Source: Candidatus Kaiserbacteria bacterium (GTDB taxonomy: Bacteria > Patescibacteriota > Minisyncoccia > Phycocordibacterales > UBA918). From it: a stretch of DNA of 57,909 nt. Of the stretch, positions 7,402-16,809 are shown piece after piece (the first letter of the stretch is position 1; every line of letters begins with the position of its first letter). The translations under genes and the position numbers were made by a program. Below the pieces are notes generated by a model. It worked only from the letters and a program-made list of their open reading frames with translations, searched no databases and was not told where the DNA came from. Location: positions 1-57,909 of the forward strand of contig JAYTKW010000022.1 of assembly GCA_043729945.1 (NCBI GenBank). The letters are read 5' to 3'.

Positions 7402-8469
7402 TTATAAAAAAGCTACGTCTAACAGTGCTTCTTTGACCTTGTTAAAAGCACCCGCATCCATTGGTCGGTGGGGGTAGATTCTGTTAGAGAGGATAGCAAA
7501 TCCCCTATGATTTTTTAGGTCAGCTGACATAAAACAGCCTGTAAAGCCGCTCTTTACCACCATCTCTCTATGGTACGTATCTATTAAGATATTATTCAAA
7601 TCCCCCCATCCAATAGGTGTATGGGTTGGCAAAAGTTTTGGGTAATAGTCCTCGGTCCATTTTGAAACAATAGTGCTGCTAAAGATTGGTTTTTTATTGT
7701 ATTCACCGCCGTGCAAGGCTACTTTCAAGAATTGAGTTATATCATTTATTGAAGCAAATAAACCAGCGGCCCCATTTGAAATCCCTCCCTTAGTGGTATA
7801 GAAAGTGAATTCATCATGTACAAAGCCCCTCACCTCACCGCGATCGTTCGTCAGTTCAGTAGGTGGTATTAAGGACTTGGTTTTTGATGAGGGAAAAAAT
7901 GTAGCCGTGGACATTTCAAGTGGGGTAAACACATAGTCTTTCACTAGAGTATAAAAATTTTCACTTGTAACACGTTCTATTATTTGAGTAAGTATAAAAG
8001 CCGTAATATTAGAATACATGTAGTTCGTACCCGGCAAGGCTTTTAAAGGGTATGACAAAGCATTGTGAGCAACTTGTTCAGGCGAGAGAGTCCCAAACAA
8101 AGATTTAGAGCCACCAGGAATGTTGTAGTCCATCGTATACGTCATAAGATGTGATAATAACGCCTCCCCTTTTTCTGGTTGGTTTACGAATTCAGGTAAA
8201 TACTTACTTATTTTCTCATCTAAATTTAAGATACCTTTATCTATTAAAATCATAGCAACCGCCATTGGGGCTATAATTTTAGTCAGAGATGCGCAGTCGT
8301 ATATCGTTGAAGTATGGACCTGGCTAGCATTGAGTTCATATGTAAAATGACCATAACCTTGGGAAAAGCAAGTGTCTTCGTTTAGAAATACAATTGAACA
8401 TCCAGGGAATACCTTCGAAGCGATAGCGGTTTCAATTATTGCTTCAAATTGTTTTATTTTGCTAGGCAT
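7402..8469 (-). CDS. Serine hydrolase of the class C beta-lactamase / PBP-like family
   Basis: 355-aa ORF with an SxxK motif (SLTK) and a YxN motif (YSN). The DNA is AT-rich. Confidence 0.7.
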   Translation of the reverse strand: MPSKIKQFEAIIETAIASKVFPGCSIVFLNEDTCFSQGYGHFTYELNASQVHTSTIYDCASLTKIIAPMAVAMILIDKGILNLDEKISKYLPEFVNQPEKGEALLSHLMTYTMDYNIPGGSKSLFGTLSPEQVAHNALSYPLKALPGTNYMYSNITAFILTQIIERVTSENFYTLVKDYVFTPLEMSTATFFPSSKTKSLIPPTELTNDRGEVRGFVHDEFTFYTTKGGISNGAAGLFASINDITQFLKVALHGGEYNKKPIFSSTIVSKWTEDYYPKLLPTHTPIGWGDLNNILIDTYHREMVVKSGFTGCFMSADLKNHRGFAILSNRIYPHRPMDAGAFNKVKEALLDVAFL

Positions 8470-8698
8470 AGGAATATTTTACCTCACATTTGAAATATTC
8501 AGCATTTTTATAACTTTACATAGTTTGTGGCGTCTCTTAAAAAGCAAAACACCCCGGCTGAGGAGTGTCTTACTTTGTGATGGGAAATAGCGAAGATTAC
8601 TCTCTGATTTCCACATAGCGTTTTACCTCCGCTACCATATTATTATACCACGAGGTGCTGGAAATTAAGTGTGGAAAAACATTATCTGGCGGCAAAAG

Positions 8699-8732
8699 AA
8701 AACAACTGTGGGCCAAAGCCCACAGTTGTTTT
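8699..8732 (-). terminator. Terminator downstream of hup
   Basis: AACAACTGTGGGC-CAAA-GCCCACAGTTGTT with a T-run on the minus strand. Confidence 0.7.
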
Positions 8733-8744
8733 CGAACATTTTAG

Positions 8745-9020
8745 TTAGCCCTTTACAGAATCCTTGAGTCCCTTGGCAGCGCGGAATTTTGGCACACGCA
8801 TCGCTGGTACTGGTACAGTCTCTCCGGTTCGTGGGTTACGAGCCTCACGAGCAGCACGCATTTTAGCTTCGAAAATACCGAAGCCAGCGATTGAAACTTG
8901 GCCTCCATCTTTCATCTCTGATTCGATGTTACCAAATACGGCTTCAACAGCTCGTTCTGCATCTGCTTTGGTAGTACCGAGAACTTCGTGCACCTTGGCG
9001 ATAATATCTGCTTTGTTCAT
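8745..9020 (-). CDS. hup: HU-family DNA-binding protein
   Basis: 91 aa with a canonical HU pattern: MNKADII...GFGIFE...ARNPRTGE. Confidence 0.9.
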   Translation of the reverse strand: MNKADIIAKVHEVLGTTKADAERAVEAVFGNIESEMKDGGQVSIAGFGIFEAKMRAAREARNPRTGETVPVPAMRVPKFRAAKGLKDSVKG

Positions 9021-9217
9021 ATTAGAAATGTATACTAGGGCGATTAAGATTTTGACTGCCTTGTTATTCAGCCACGTTGCCTAAAATTATTGGCTTGTCA
9101 CCATTATATAGCAAGGTTATCTGACTGCAATGCCTGGCAGATGGCAATATGTGTGTTGTAATAAAAAGCGGCGACCGGGGTGACCAGTCGCCGCTTGGTG
9201 CGTAGGTGGGAATGAAA

Positions 9218-9355
9218 TCACCGACGTCGCCAATTCACATTATTTCCGGACAGAGCTTTTTGCAGCTCTGTCACATTGGGATGGTTGGCAAAATGAATCA
9301 TTCCAGCCAAGCCACGCATCTGTAGCACAAAGATCATGGGCGCCCAATACCACAT
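9218..9355 (-). CDS. Possible 45-aa small hydrophobic protein downstream of rny
   Basis: Strong SD (GAAAGGAGGTG) lies 7 nt before the ATG. Translation is MWYWAPMIFVLQMRGLAGMIHFANHPNVTELQKALSGNNVNWRRR. A hairpin at about 9170-9205 follows. Confidence 0.35.
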   Translation of the reverse strand: MWYWAPMIFVLQMRGLAGMIHFANHPNVTELQKALSGNNVNWRRR

Positions 9356-9466
9356 TAGTGACACCTCCTTTCAATTTCAATCGTACTCCTCTTTTGGTGA
9401 CGAGAGGAGAGTGCGAGTGTGTATAACTAAAAATAGCCTGCGTGGGCAGGCTATTTAAGGCGCTAC

Positions 9467-10996
9467 TTAACGGGCGTAACTGACCACTCGTGTCTCTCTA
9501 ATCACGTGGACTTTGATTTCACCGGGGTACCGTAATTGGGTTTCGATGGTAGTGGCGATAGTACGGGCGAGAGTGTGCGTAGCAAATTCGGTCATATTGG
9601 CCGGGTTTACAATCACCCTAATCTCGCGACCAGCTGCAATGGCAAAGGCTTTTTCAACTCCTTCGAGGTTGGTGGCGATGGCTTCTAGGTCAGTCAGGCG
9701 CTTGATATAGTTTTCAATTGAATCACGACGAGCACCAGGACGTGAGCCAGATAGAGAGTCACAAACCTGCACAATGAGTGATTCGGGTGTTTCGTAGGGG
9801 TACTCTTCGTGGTGGGCGCGCATGGCGAGAATGACTTTCTCATCCACGTTGTATTTTTGTAAAATACGGATACCGATTTCAACGTGAGTACCGGCGACTT
9901 CATGACTGACGGTTTTACCGATGTCGTGGAGGAGGGCACCAGCTCGCGCTACGGCTACATCAGCTCCAACCTCTTCGGCAATGATCGCCGCCATATGGGC
10001 CATCTCCACCGAGTGCCACAGGACGTTTTGTCCGTAACTTGTCCTAAAGTGTAGGCGACCGATGATGGAAACGAGATCAGGGTGCAGATTGGGGACGTTG
10101 GCATCGTAACAGGCTTTTTCGCCCATTTTACGGACACTCTGGGCTACTTCACGCCGCGCCAATTCGACGGCTTCTTCAATTTTGGCAGGTTGGATGCGAC
10201 CGTCTTTCATCAGGGCTTCGAGTGCTACTCGGGCGATCTCTCGCCTGATGGGGTCAAATGACGACAGGACGATATAGCCAGGGGTTTCATCGATTAACAC
10301 ATCAACTCCCGTAGCACGTTCAAACGCTCGCACGTTACGCCCTTCCTTGCCGATAATCTTTCCTTTAAGATCGTCGCTTGGGATTTCAACGTTGCTCGTC
10401 ATGACACTTGTTGGCATGACGTTACCAATTCGGTGAATAGCAGCGAGTAGAATGTTGGTGGCTTTCGCTTCAATCTGTTCGTTTCCAAACAGTTCAATTT
10501 TCTGGATGCGAGCGGTCAGGTCTTCGGCTCGTTCACGTTCCACTCGGTCACTGATACGGGCAAAGGCTTCGGCAGCTGTCAGTCCCGCAACTGTCTCGAG
10601 TTTGGCGTCGAGCTCTCCCTTTCGTTCATCCAGTCTGGCTTTAAAACCTTTTACTTCTTCAATTTTATTTTGTAGGGACTCTTTTTGGGAATCAGCGTCG
10701 ATTTGACGACTATCTAAAAGCTCCTCGCGTTTCTGGAGGTGTGATTCCTTTTGGTTCAATTTTTCTGTCTGGGCGTTTCGTTCTGCGCGAGCTTCGGTAA
10801 TGGTAGCTGCAGCTTTGGCTTCTGCTTTTTCGATAATTTTTAGCGCTTTCTCCTCGGCATCGAGTAGTCGTTCTTTGATCGTAATTTCAATCGAAGACTT
10901 TTTGGAATGGGCGTGTAAATACCGTAAGTAGTAGCCAGCTGCCACACCCATCCCGAGAGCTGCCGCTACAATGGCGAGCAACACAAATGGAGGCAT
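9467..10996 (-). CDS. rny: Ribonuclease Y
   Basis: 509 aa with an N-terminal TM, coiled coil, KH motif GKIIGKEGRN and HD motif LLHDIGK. Confidence 0.9.
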   Translation of the reverse strand: MPPFVLLAIVAAALGMGVAAGYYLRYLHAHSKKSSIEITIKERLLDAEEKALKIIEKAEAKAAATITEARAERNAQTEKLNQKESHLQKREELLDSRQIDADSQKESLQNKIEEVKGFKARLDERKGELDAKLETVAGLTAAEAFARISDRVERERAEDLTARIQKIELFGNEQIEAKATNILLAAIHRIGNVMPTSVMTSNVEIPSDDLKGKIIGKEGRNVRAFERATGVDVLIDETPGYIVLSSFDPIRREIARVALEALMKDGRIQPAKIEEAVELARREVAQSVRKMGEKACYDANVPNLHPDLVSIIGRLHFRTSYGQNVLWHSVEMAHMAAIIAEEVGADVAVARAGALLHDIGKTVSHEVAGTHVEIGIRILQKYNVDEKVILAMRAHHEEYPYETPESLIVQVCDSLSGSRPGARRDSIENYIKRLTDLEAIATNLEGVEKAFAIAAGREIRVIVNPANMTEFATHTLARTIATTIETQLRYPGEIKVHVIRETRVVSYAR

Positions 10997-11155
10997 GTTA
11001 GGTCAACTAAACTAATAGAGGGCAAGAGGTCAGGGTCGGACGGAATACGTATCGAGCGTGTCAGACGAGCAAACGGTACCATATTGCAGGGGGATTGTAC
11101 ACCACCCAAATTAGGTGTATTCTGTGATTTATCCAGCGAACAGGGAGGAAAATTG

Positions 11156-11374
11156 ATGGATAGACAGCTAATAATATTAGGAATTACGGCTTTTTTGACC
11201 GCAGGCTGTTTGCTCATCGCGGCAGTCATATGGTCAGTGTGCTGGGTGGGAGTGTCCGTCGCCACGCTGCCAGGGAATGTGCTCTGGCTGACGATAGGGT
11301 GTGCCCTTATCGCAAAAGGAGGCGATAGGTTTCGCATTTTGTCGCAAAAAATGCAGCCAAAGTTCGATGAATAA
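11156..11374 (+). CDS. Small membrane protein (72 aa)
   Basis: The SD GGGAGGAAAATTG precedes the ATG. Two or three hydrophobic helices are present. Confidence 0.5.
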   Translation: MDRQLIILGITAFLTAGCLLIAAVIWSVCWVGVSVATLPGNVLWLTIGCALIAKGGDRFRILSQKMQPKFDE

Positions 11375-11432
11375 TCAAAAGGGGGCATGTCTCACGATAT
11401 GCCCTCTTGATTCGTTTCCCCGCAGGTATTTG

Positions 11433-12032
11433 CTACTTGTATACCTGATCAACAATTCCGTATTTGAGAGCCTCTTCCGCATCCATGAAAAAGTCGCGGT
11501 CGACGTCTTGTTCGATTTTAGCCAATTTCTGTCCGGTCGCTTTGGCGAGCATCTTGTTGAGGCGGTCGCGAGTTTTCAGGATGTGCTTGGCCGTAATATC
11601 AATATCAGACGCCTGGCCGTAGGCACCGCCTGATGGTTGATGGATCATGATTTCAGAGTTTGGTAGGGTAAAACGCTTACCTTTGGCTCCTTGTGACAAA
11701 ATGAGTGATCCCATCGAGGCCGCCATCCCGACGCAAACCGTTGCTACATCAGGTTTAATGTGGTGCATAGTGTCGATAATGGACAGTCCCGCCGTAACGC
11801 TGCCTCCTGGGGAATTTACGTACAGAAAGATGTCTTTCTTTGGGTCTTCGGATTCGAGGAAAAGGAGCTGAGCCACAATCAGGTTCGCCATATAGTCTTC
11901 AACTTGCCCGGTGACGAAAATAATGCGCTCCTTAAGCAACCGTGAGTAAATATCATACGCCCGTTCACCGCCTTGGGTCTTTTCAATCACCATCGGTACG
12001 AGCTGGGCTGTTTCTGGTTCAGTGTGTTTCAT
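11433..12032 (-). CDS. clpP: ATP-dependent Clp protease proteolytic subunit
   Basis: 199 aa with GMAASMGS (Ser) and MIHQP (His) motifs. Confidence 0.92.
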   Translation of the reverse strand: MKHTEPETAQLVPMVIEKTQGGERAYDIYSRLLKERIIFVTGQVEDYMANLIVAQLLFLESEDPKKDIFLYVNSPGGSVTAGLSIIDTMHHIKPDVATVCVGMAASMGSLILSQGAKGKRFTLPNSEIMIHQPSGGAYGQASDIDITAKHILKTRDRLNKMLAKATGQKLAKIEQDVDRDFFMDAEEALKYGIVDQVYK

Positions 12033-12147
12033 AGATGTAAAAGTTAACTGTAGGGTGTCGGTTTATCAGTATGGTCATCCGACGTCCCTATCCTAGCAAA
12101 TTGAGCGGGAAAAAGAAAATAGCACATTATAATCAGAATTTTAGTTC

Positions 12148-12579
12148 CTAGTACTGCAGTTTCAAGCGCGGTATTTTATGTAGTTTGATGTCAGCCGTCA
12201 TCAGCGATAGTCCGTGCAAAAGAGCAGTGCTGACAATCAGCGCGTCCGGCACAGAGAGATCGTTTGCCCGTCGTAGTACAGCAGAGAGAAATTATTTAAG
12301 ATGCTTCTCCCAAGATTTTCTGCTTTGAACTAATTCCCGAGCGACGGTGTTTTTCTTTGATTTAAGTAAACCAGCGGCTTTTTGCCAAATGACGGGGGTC
12401 ATAAGGTTTTGCAATGGTTTAAGAGATAGTCTGGTTGCGATTTTCATGATTGTAGTATAGCTAATTATCTCGGTGGTTACAATCAGAAACTTCTCCTCTG
12501 GCAGATAAATCCTCGGTCCAATACATTGGGCACACGTACCTTTGGGTACGTTAGTAAAATAAAGCCCAGCGCCACTCAT
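12148..12579 (-). pseudogene. PIN-domain (VapC-like) gene interrupted by an in-frame TAA
   Basis: The 95-aa ORF (12292-12579) runs through TAA in the same frame into ...RRANDLSVPDALIVSTALLHGLSLMTADIKLHKIPRLKLQY*, a typical PIN C-terminus. The N-terminal acidic residue appears lost (LYFTNV). Confidence 0.4.
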
Positions 12580-12616
12580 GTAGTGGCACCGGGATTTATC
12601 TTTGCTGATGTGTGAA

Positions 12617-13762
12617 TTAGAGCGCTTCCAGCATCTTCATCACGGCTTCGTTCGTCATAACACTGGCTACATATACGGTCACGCGGTGACGGTCGGCATC
12701 TTTGTACTGGGCCATTAGCTGGTTTACTTGTTCGGTTAGTTGCGTTTCATCAGGCTTTACTTCTTCACGTTTGGCGATTTCATTTAAGACAAGTTGGAGC
12801 TTGGCTCGCTTCTCAGCCGCTGGCGTCCATTCGGCTTTCATATCGTCTTTGGTTTTCTTGATATGGGTGAGGTAGTCGTCCATTTTAAGGTTGGCTCGTT
12901 CCAAATCCTCGTTCATTTGCGCAAACATTTGGTTGAGTTCGGTATCAATCAATAATTGTGGGAGGTCGATGGTGGTGGCACTGATAATAGTATCAGTAAT
13001 AATTGCCCGGTGCTTGGCAACACCATCACGCTTCTTCTCGACCTCGATATGTTCGCGGATTTTAGCTTTGAAATCAACGACAGTAGTGAATTGACCAGGC
13101 TGACCAAGAGTCTGCACGAGCTCGTCAGTTAGTTCGGGTAGGGGTAATTTTGCAAAGTCCTCTTCGGTTTCGATTGGTGCTACTGGGTTTTCGGCATCCT
13201 CTGCATCAATCCCATCCTCGATATTTTTAGCAGCGGCTTTGCTTTGCAGTCGGTCATAGGCGACTTTTTGACGCAAAATATCACTGATTTGTTTTTCGAC
13301 ATCAGCGTCAGTGACATCGAGTGATTCGCGAGATTGATTGGTAGTGGCAGCGAGCACTTTGTAGTCAGGGAGCGTGACGGCTGGGATGACCGTGACCGTG
13401 GCGGTAAACCCGAGTGGGTTACCTTCTGCAATTTTAGTAATTGAAATATCGGGGTACCCGATTGCGTCGATATTGTGGGCTTCGAGGATGTGTGGGTACA
13501 TATGAGCGATGGCTCGTTCGGCCATTTCCGCTAAAATACCCATCTCACCTACGGTCTTTACCACCATAGCTTCGGGAATGTGTCCGGGACGGAAACCATC
13601 AATTTTGAGGTTCTGGCCAAAATGTTTGATGGCGCCAGCCCGTTCGTGGAGCAACTCTGAAAAGGGGATTTCGCCCGCTATTTTGACCTGGGACCCTGGT
13701 TCAGGAGTGACTGAAAAAGCAGTTTTGAAATCGATATCGTGTGCGTGGTGTGTGTGTGACAT
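12617..13762 (-). CDS. tig: Trigger factor
   Basis: 381 aa with the overall trigger-factor N-terminal and C-terminal domain pattern. Confidence 0.8.
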   Translation of the reverse strand: MSHTHHAHDIDFKTAFSVTPEPGSQVKIAGEIPFSELLHERAGAIKHFGQNLKIDGFRPGHIPEAMVVKTVGEMGILAEMAERAIAHMYPHILEAHNIDAIGYPDISITKIAEGNPLGFTATVTVIPAVTLPDYKVLAATTNQSRESLDVTDADVEKQISDILRQKVAYDRLQSKAAAKNIEDGIDAEDAENPVAPIETEEDFAKLPLPELTDELVQTLGQPGQFTTVVDFKAKIREHIEVEKKRDGVAKHRAIITDTIISATTIDLPQLLIDTELNQMFAQMNEDLERANLKMDDYLTHIKKTKDDMKAEWTPAAEKRAKLQLVLNEIAKREEVKPDETQLTEQVNQLMAQYKDADRHRVTVYVASVMTNEAVMKMLEAL

Positions 13763-13806
13763 ATGTGTGGAACAGTGTACTCATATATATGACTTTTGCA
13801 ACCTGA

Positions 13807-13996
13807 GCATTCAAAAACGGTGAATGAAGAAATGAGCGTAGCGATTATTTTGAATTTATGTCCCGATTTTTCCTCCTAAGGAAAATCGCTGGACCGGATT
13901 TCGTTGTTGCTCCTGTCGCTCAAACTCTCACCGTACAACAAGTACGGCTCAAGCTTTCGCTCGGGAGCGCCTAGAACTTTACTCGTTTTTGAATGC
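13807..13996. mobile_element. MITE-like long-palindrome element, full-length copy with 13-bp perfect terminal inverted repeats
   Basis: GCATTCAAAAACG (13807-13819) is the reverse complement of CGTTTTTGAATGC (13984-13996). The core is TCACCGTAC-AACAA-GTACGGCTCA at about 13928-13951. Confidence 0.6.
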
Positions 13997-14042
13997 CCTA
14001 ACTTTCTTTACTCCTAAAAATTATTGAAAATTAGCAATCTGG

Positions 14043-14075
14043 TAAAAGAAAAACCAGGTGCGTGGGTGCACCTGG
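14043..14075 (-). terminator. Minus-strand terminator
   Basis: CCAGGTGC-N6-GCACCTGG with a T-run on the minus strand. Confidence 0.55.
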
Positions 14076-14601
14076 CGGTCGAGGGGGTGGTTTTGAATTT
14101 CAATGAGGAGATATCCCACTCTCCCAGCAAAGATTGTTAGTTGGTGGAATGACCCATAATGGGTTAATCCTTTCTGGAGTTGGGGCGTCACTGGTCGGCT
14201 GATTGTTCAGCAGGTTGTTGTGACGCGGATTATGTTTTACCAGTCAGCTGGGGCTGACGGCAGTGATGTTCGCCTTGATGTCCACGCCGGCAAGGACTAG
14301 GCGAAAGCGGCTTCGACCGGACAAACGTCATCTATGACGCGCTGATCGATGTCTGCGCAGTGGCCAACGGCCGGGCCGGCGCGCACAGAAGCGATAAGGA
14401 TTTTTTTCATCCCAAATCTCCCTGAAGAACTTTATCGTAGCCGAGACTGATAGTCGGCTACTCCCTCTCTCCGGTTCTGTCACCGTGAGGTATTTTTAAT
14501 AGTAGGGGATTTCGTTTTTTTTGCAAGGGAATTAGTGCTCGAATATACAAACCGTCCGCAAGGTATACGTGCGGAGGGCTGGGTCTTGTCTGATGACATG
14601 A

Positions 14602-15015
14602 CTACTGTGGGGCGGTAGCGGCGTTTAGTTCGGATTCGATGGCGGGGATTTCGGTGTCGAGATCATCTAGTTTAGTACTCTCGAGGTCGGCACGGATCGC
14701 GGGGAGTTCGTCGGAGGTACTGACGACATCAAGTGTCTGCGTGCGGGCTTCGGCAGTAGTGCTCTCGGGTTCGTTATTTGCTTCGGCAGTTGGTCTCGTG
14801 GCGGTGATAGTATTAGCTTCTTCGATGACGAGGGTATACCAGTAGTAAAATCCACCTAAAATTGCGAGCAAAATAAGGATGAGGAGAATAATAATCGGTA
14901 GCGAAATAATTGATTTAGGGGCCGTGTAGGGTGCGGGGGCATGCGTGGCGACTGTTGGCATTTTCATTTCCTCGCCATCAAAGTTTGGTTCTATGATTGG
15001 GTGTTTGGTATCCAT
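14602..15015 (-). CDS. Hypothetical single-pass membrane protein
   Basis: Start chosen at MDTKH so that it does not overlap the upstream gene. The TM helix is LPIIILLILILLAILGGFYYW and the C-terminus is acidic. Confidence 0.5.
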   Translation of the reverse strand: MDTKHPIIEPNFDGEEMKMPTVATHAPAPYTAPKSIISLPIIILLILILLAILGGFYYWYTLVIEEANTITATRPTAEANNEPESTTAEARTQTLDVVSTSDELPAIRADLESTKLDDLDTEIPAIESELNAATAPQ

Positions 15016-15031
15016 AGTAATATACAAATTA

Positions 15032-15610
15032 TTATAGCGAATTGGTACTGGTGCTGACAGGTGGTGTTCTGGTGCCAGTCGGTGAGAGATCAAGTGCATT
15101 GATGCTAGAGAGTAGCGCACTGTGGGCCGCGACAATGTTAGCGGTTGTGTCTGCGTAGGTTCGTTTGAGGTTCAGCCAGTTTTCCTGCGGCGCGGTTGAT
15201 CCAATAAAGGTTTCAACTCCGCGGTCGATGCCAGCGAGATTCGTCTTGGCGGAATTGAGGTGCTCGGTAGCGGTAGCCAGTGCGGCGCGGGCGGCCGCTA
15301 CGTCAGTGCCACTTTGGGCAATGACCTGGAGCCTGGATTCAATGCGGGCCCGGACATTATCGAGTCGTTTGACGACGGCGTCTTGGCGGTTGCTCAAATT
15401 TGCAGTCAAATTACGGATACGGGTCTGCGCAACTGAACTGAGTGCCGCCTGCGGCAAGGTCAGTGGTGGAGTAACGGCGGGCGATGTAGTTACGGCGCTC
15501 GTGGTGCTTGTGGTTGATAGGGAAGTACTGGCATTTTGGGCATGCACCAGCACTGGCAGGATGCCAGCTGTAATCAGCAGACACAGTAAAGATGATTTCG
15601 TTGAGAACAT
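15032..15610 (-). CDS. Hypothetical secreted helical protein
   Basis: Signal-peptide-like MFSTKSSLLCLLITAGILPVLVHA, followed by a Ser/Thr-rich linker. Confidence 0.5.
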   Translation of the reverse strand: MFSTKSSLLCLLITAGILPVLVHAQNASTSLSTTSTTSAVTTSPAVTPPLTLPQAALSSVAQTRIRNLTANLSNRQDAVVKRLDNVRARIESRLQVIAQSGTDVAAARAALATATEHLNSAKTNLAGIDRGVETFIGSTAPQENWLNLKRTYADTTANIVAAHSALLSSINALDLSPTGTRTPPVSTSTNSL

Positions 15611-15744
15611 ATGGCCCCAGTATAGCACTTACCAGCGGTAGCTCTATGATGGCGTGTGAGCAAATGAAATAGGTCCTATTCAAAAGTTAAAACAGACCCC
15701 GCGTAGGAGTCTGTTTTAACGTGCGTGCTTGTAACGTCTAGCTC

Positions 15745-16665
15745 TTACAATTTTAGGGCCGGGATAATTTGCTTTTTGCGCGAGAGAATACCCGGGAGGA
15801 TTTCAGTATCACCAGACACTGTTACTCCAAATGAACTCGCGATCACGTGTTTGGTGAGGTCGTTGTACGTAAGGACGGTGGCTTCTTCGCGGAAGATGTC
15901 GACGATAAAGAATAAAACGTCATCCACATCTGGTTCGAGGGCAAGGCTCTCCGTAATAGCAGCCACGATACCGGCCTGGCGAGCGAGGATGGTTTCGGGA
16001 GTGGTCGTTTCAATGACTGATACCCGGAAATTTTTGTCGCCAACCGCAAATTTCTTACTATCAAGTGAAATGAGTCCCGCATCAGTAAACATTGATACGT
16101 CAGATTTTGCGGCAAACATTTGGTTCGCATACTCCAACAGGTCGATACCAAGGGCCGCTGCCAGTTTCTCGGCGACGTCTTTGTCATGTGGGGTGGTGGT
16201 TGGTGACCTGAAGGCCAACGTGTCTGAGAGGATACACGAGAGCATCACCCCAGCGATGTGGCGGGGCAGGTCGGCGACGGCGATTCCCATCAGATCATGG
16301 AGGAGTGTCGCCGTACACGCGAGCGGTCGGATGGTGATGGTGCTCGGTAATTCCGTTGTGAGTCCCCCCACCAGTTTGTGGTGATCAATGAGACCGGTAA
16401 TGGTCATTTCCCCAATATTCGCTGGTAATTCCTGGGGATTATTGGTATCCACCACAACGACTTCGCTACCTGCTGGCAATTCAGGTAACAATTCCGGGGT
16501 GGGTACCGAAAAATGATTGAGTACAAATTTTGTCTCACTATTGAGTTCCCCCAGCACATATGGTGTCGCCGCTTGCCCTGTGTGCGCACCCAAATACCAG
16601 GTCCAAATAATTGCTGAACCAGTGGCGTCCGTGTCCGGCGATAAATGTCCAAATACGTGAATCAT
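15745..16665 (-). CDS. ppaC: Manganese-dependent (family II) inorganic pyrophosphatase
   Basis: 306 aa with N-terminal VFGHLSPDTDATGSAI and the DHH motif LIDHHK. Confidence 0.8.
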   Translation of the reverse strand: MIHVFGHLSPDTDATGSAIIWTWYLGAHTGQAATPYVLGELNSETKFVLNHFSVPTPELLPELPAGSEVVVVDTNNPQELPANIGEMTITGLIDHHKLVGGLTTELPSTITIRPLACTATLLHDLMGIAVADLPRHIAGVMLSCILSDTLAFRSPTTTPHDKDVAEKLAAALGIDLLEYANQMFAAKSDVSMFTDAGLISLDSKKFAVGDKNFRVSVIETTTPETILARQAGIVAAITESLALEPDVDDVLFFIVDIFREEATVLTYNDLTKHVIASSFGVTVSGDTEILPGILSRKKQIIPALKL

Positions 16666-16809
16666 AGAATGTAGCTAGTGACTAAGAACCCTAGTGTAGC
16701 CGACGGTGCCAGCCAGTGCAAGCCGTCGCCGTCACTAAAGCGTAGGTCCCATAACAAACAAAACCCAGGACATGGTATGTCCTGGGTTTTGTTTTTTGTC
16801 CTGGATTTT

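Noticed and set aside
10966-11388. 140-aa minus-strand ORF between rny and clpP
   Set aside because: It overlaps the plus-strand 72-aa membrane ORF, which has a strong SD. Its own translation is Pro/Ser/Cys-rich with no start context.
12292-12294. In-frame TAA in the PIN-like gene as stop-codon reassignment
   Set aside because: Many confident genes in the window terminate with TAA (for example pilB, pgk and msrA), and the standard code gives full-length housekeeping proteins. A pseudogene is therefore the simpler reading.
15725-16384. 219-aa plus-strand ORF, plus similar long ORFs at 130-549, 16772-17161, 17219-17695, 20094-20648, 33125-33565, 50076-50567, 52261-52722, 54640-55131 and 56346-56774
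   Set aside because: All lie antisense to, or out of frame within, well-supported genes (ppaC, protease, nusA, pilB, comEC, ABC-F, META protein, DUF2339). They have low-complexity Ser/Ala/Arg-rich translations, so they are shadow ORFs.
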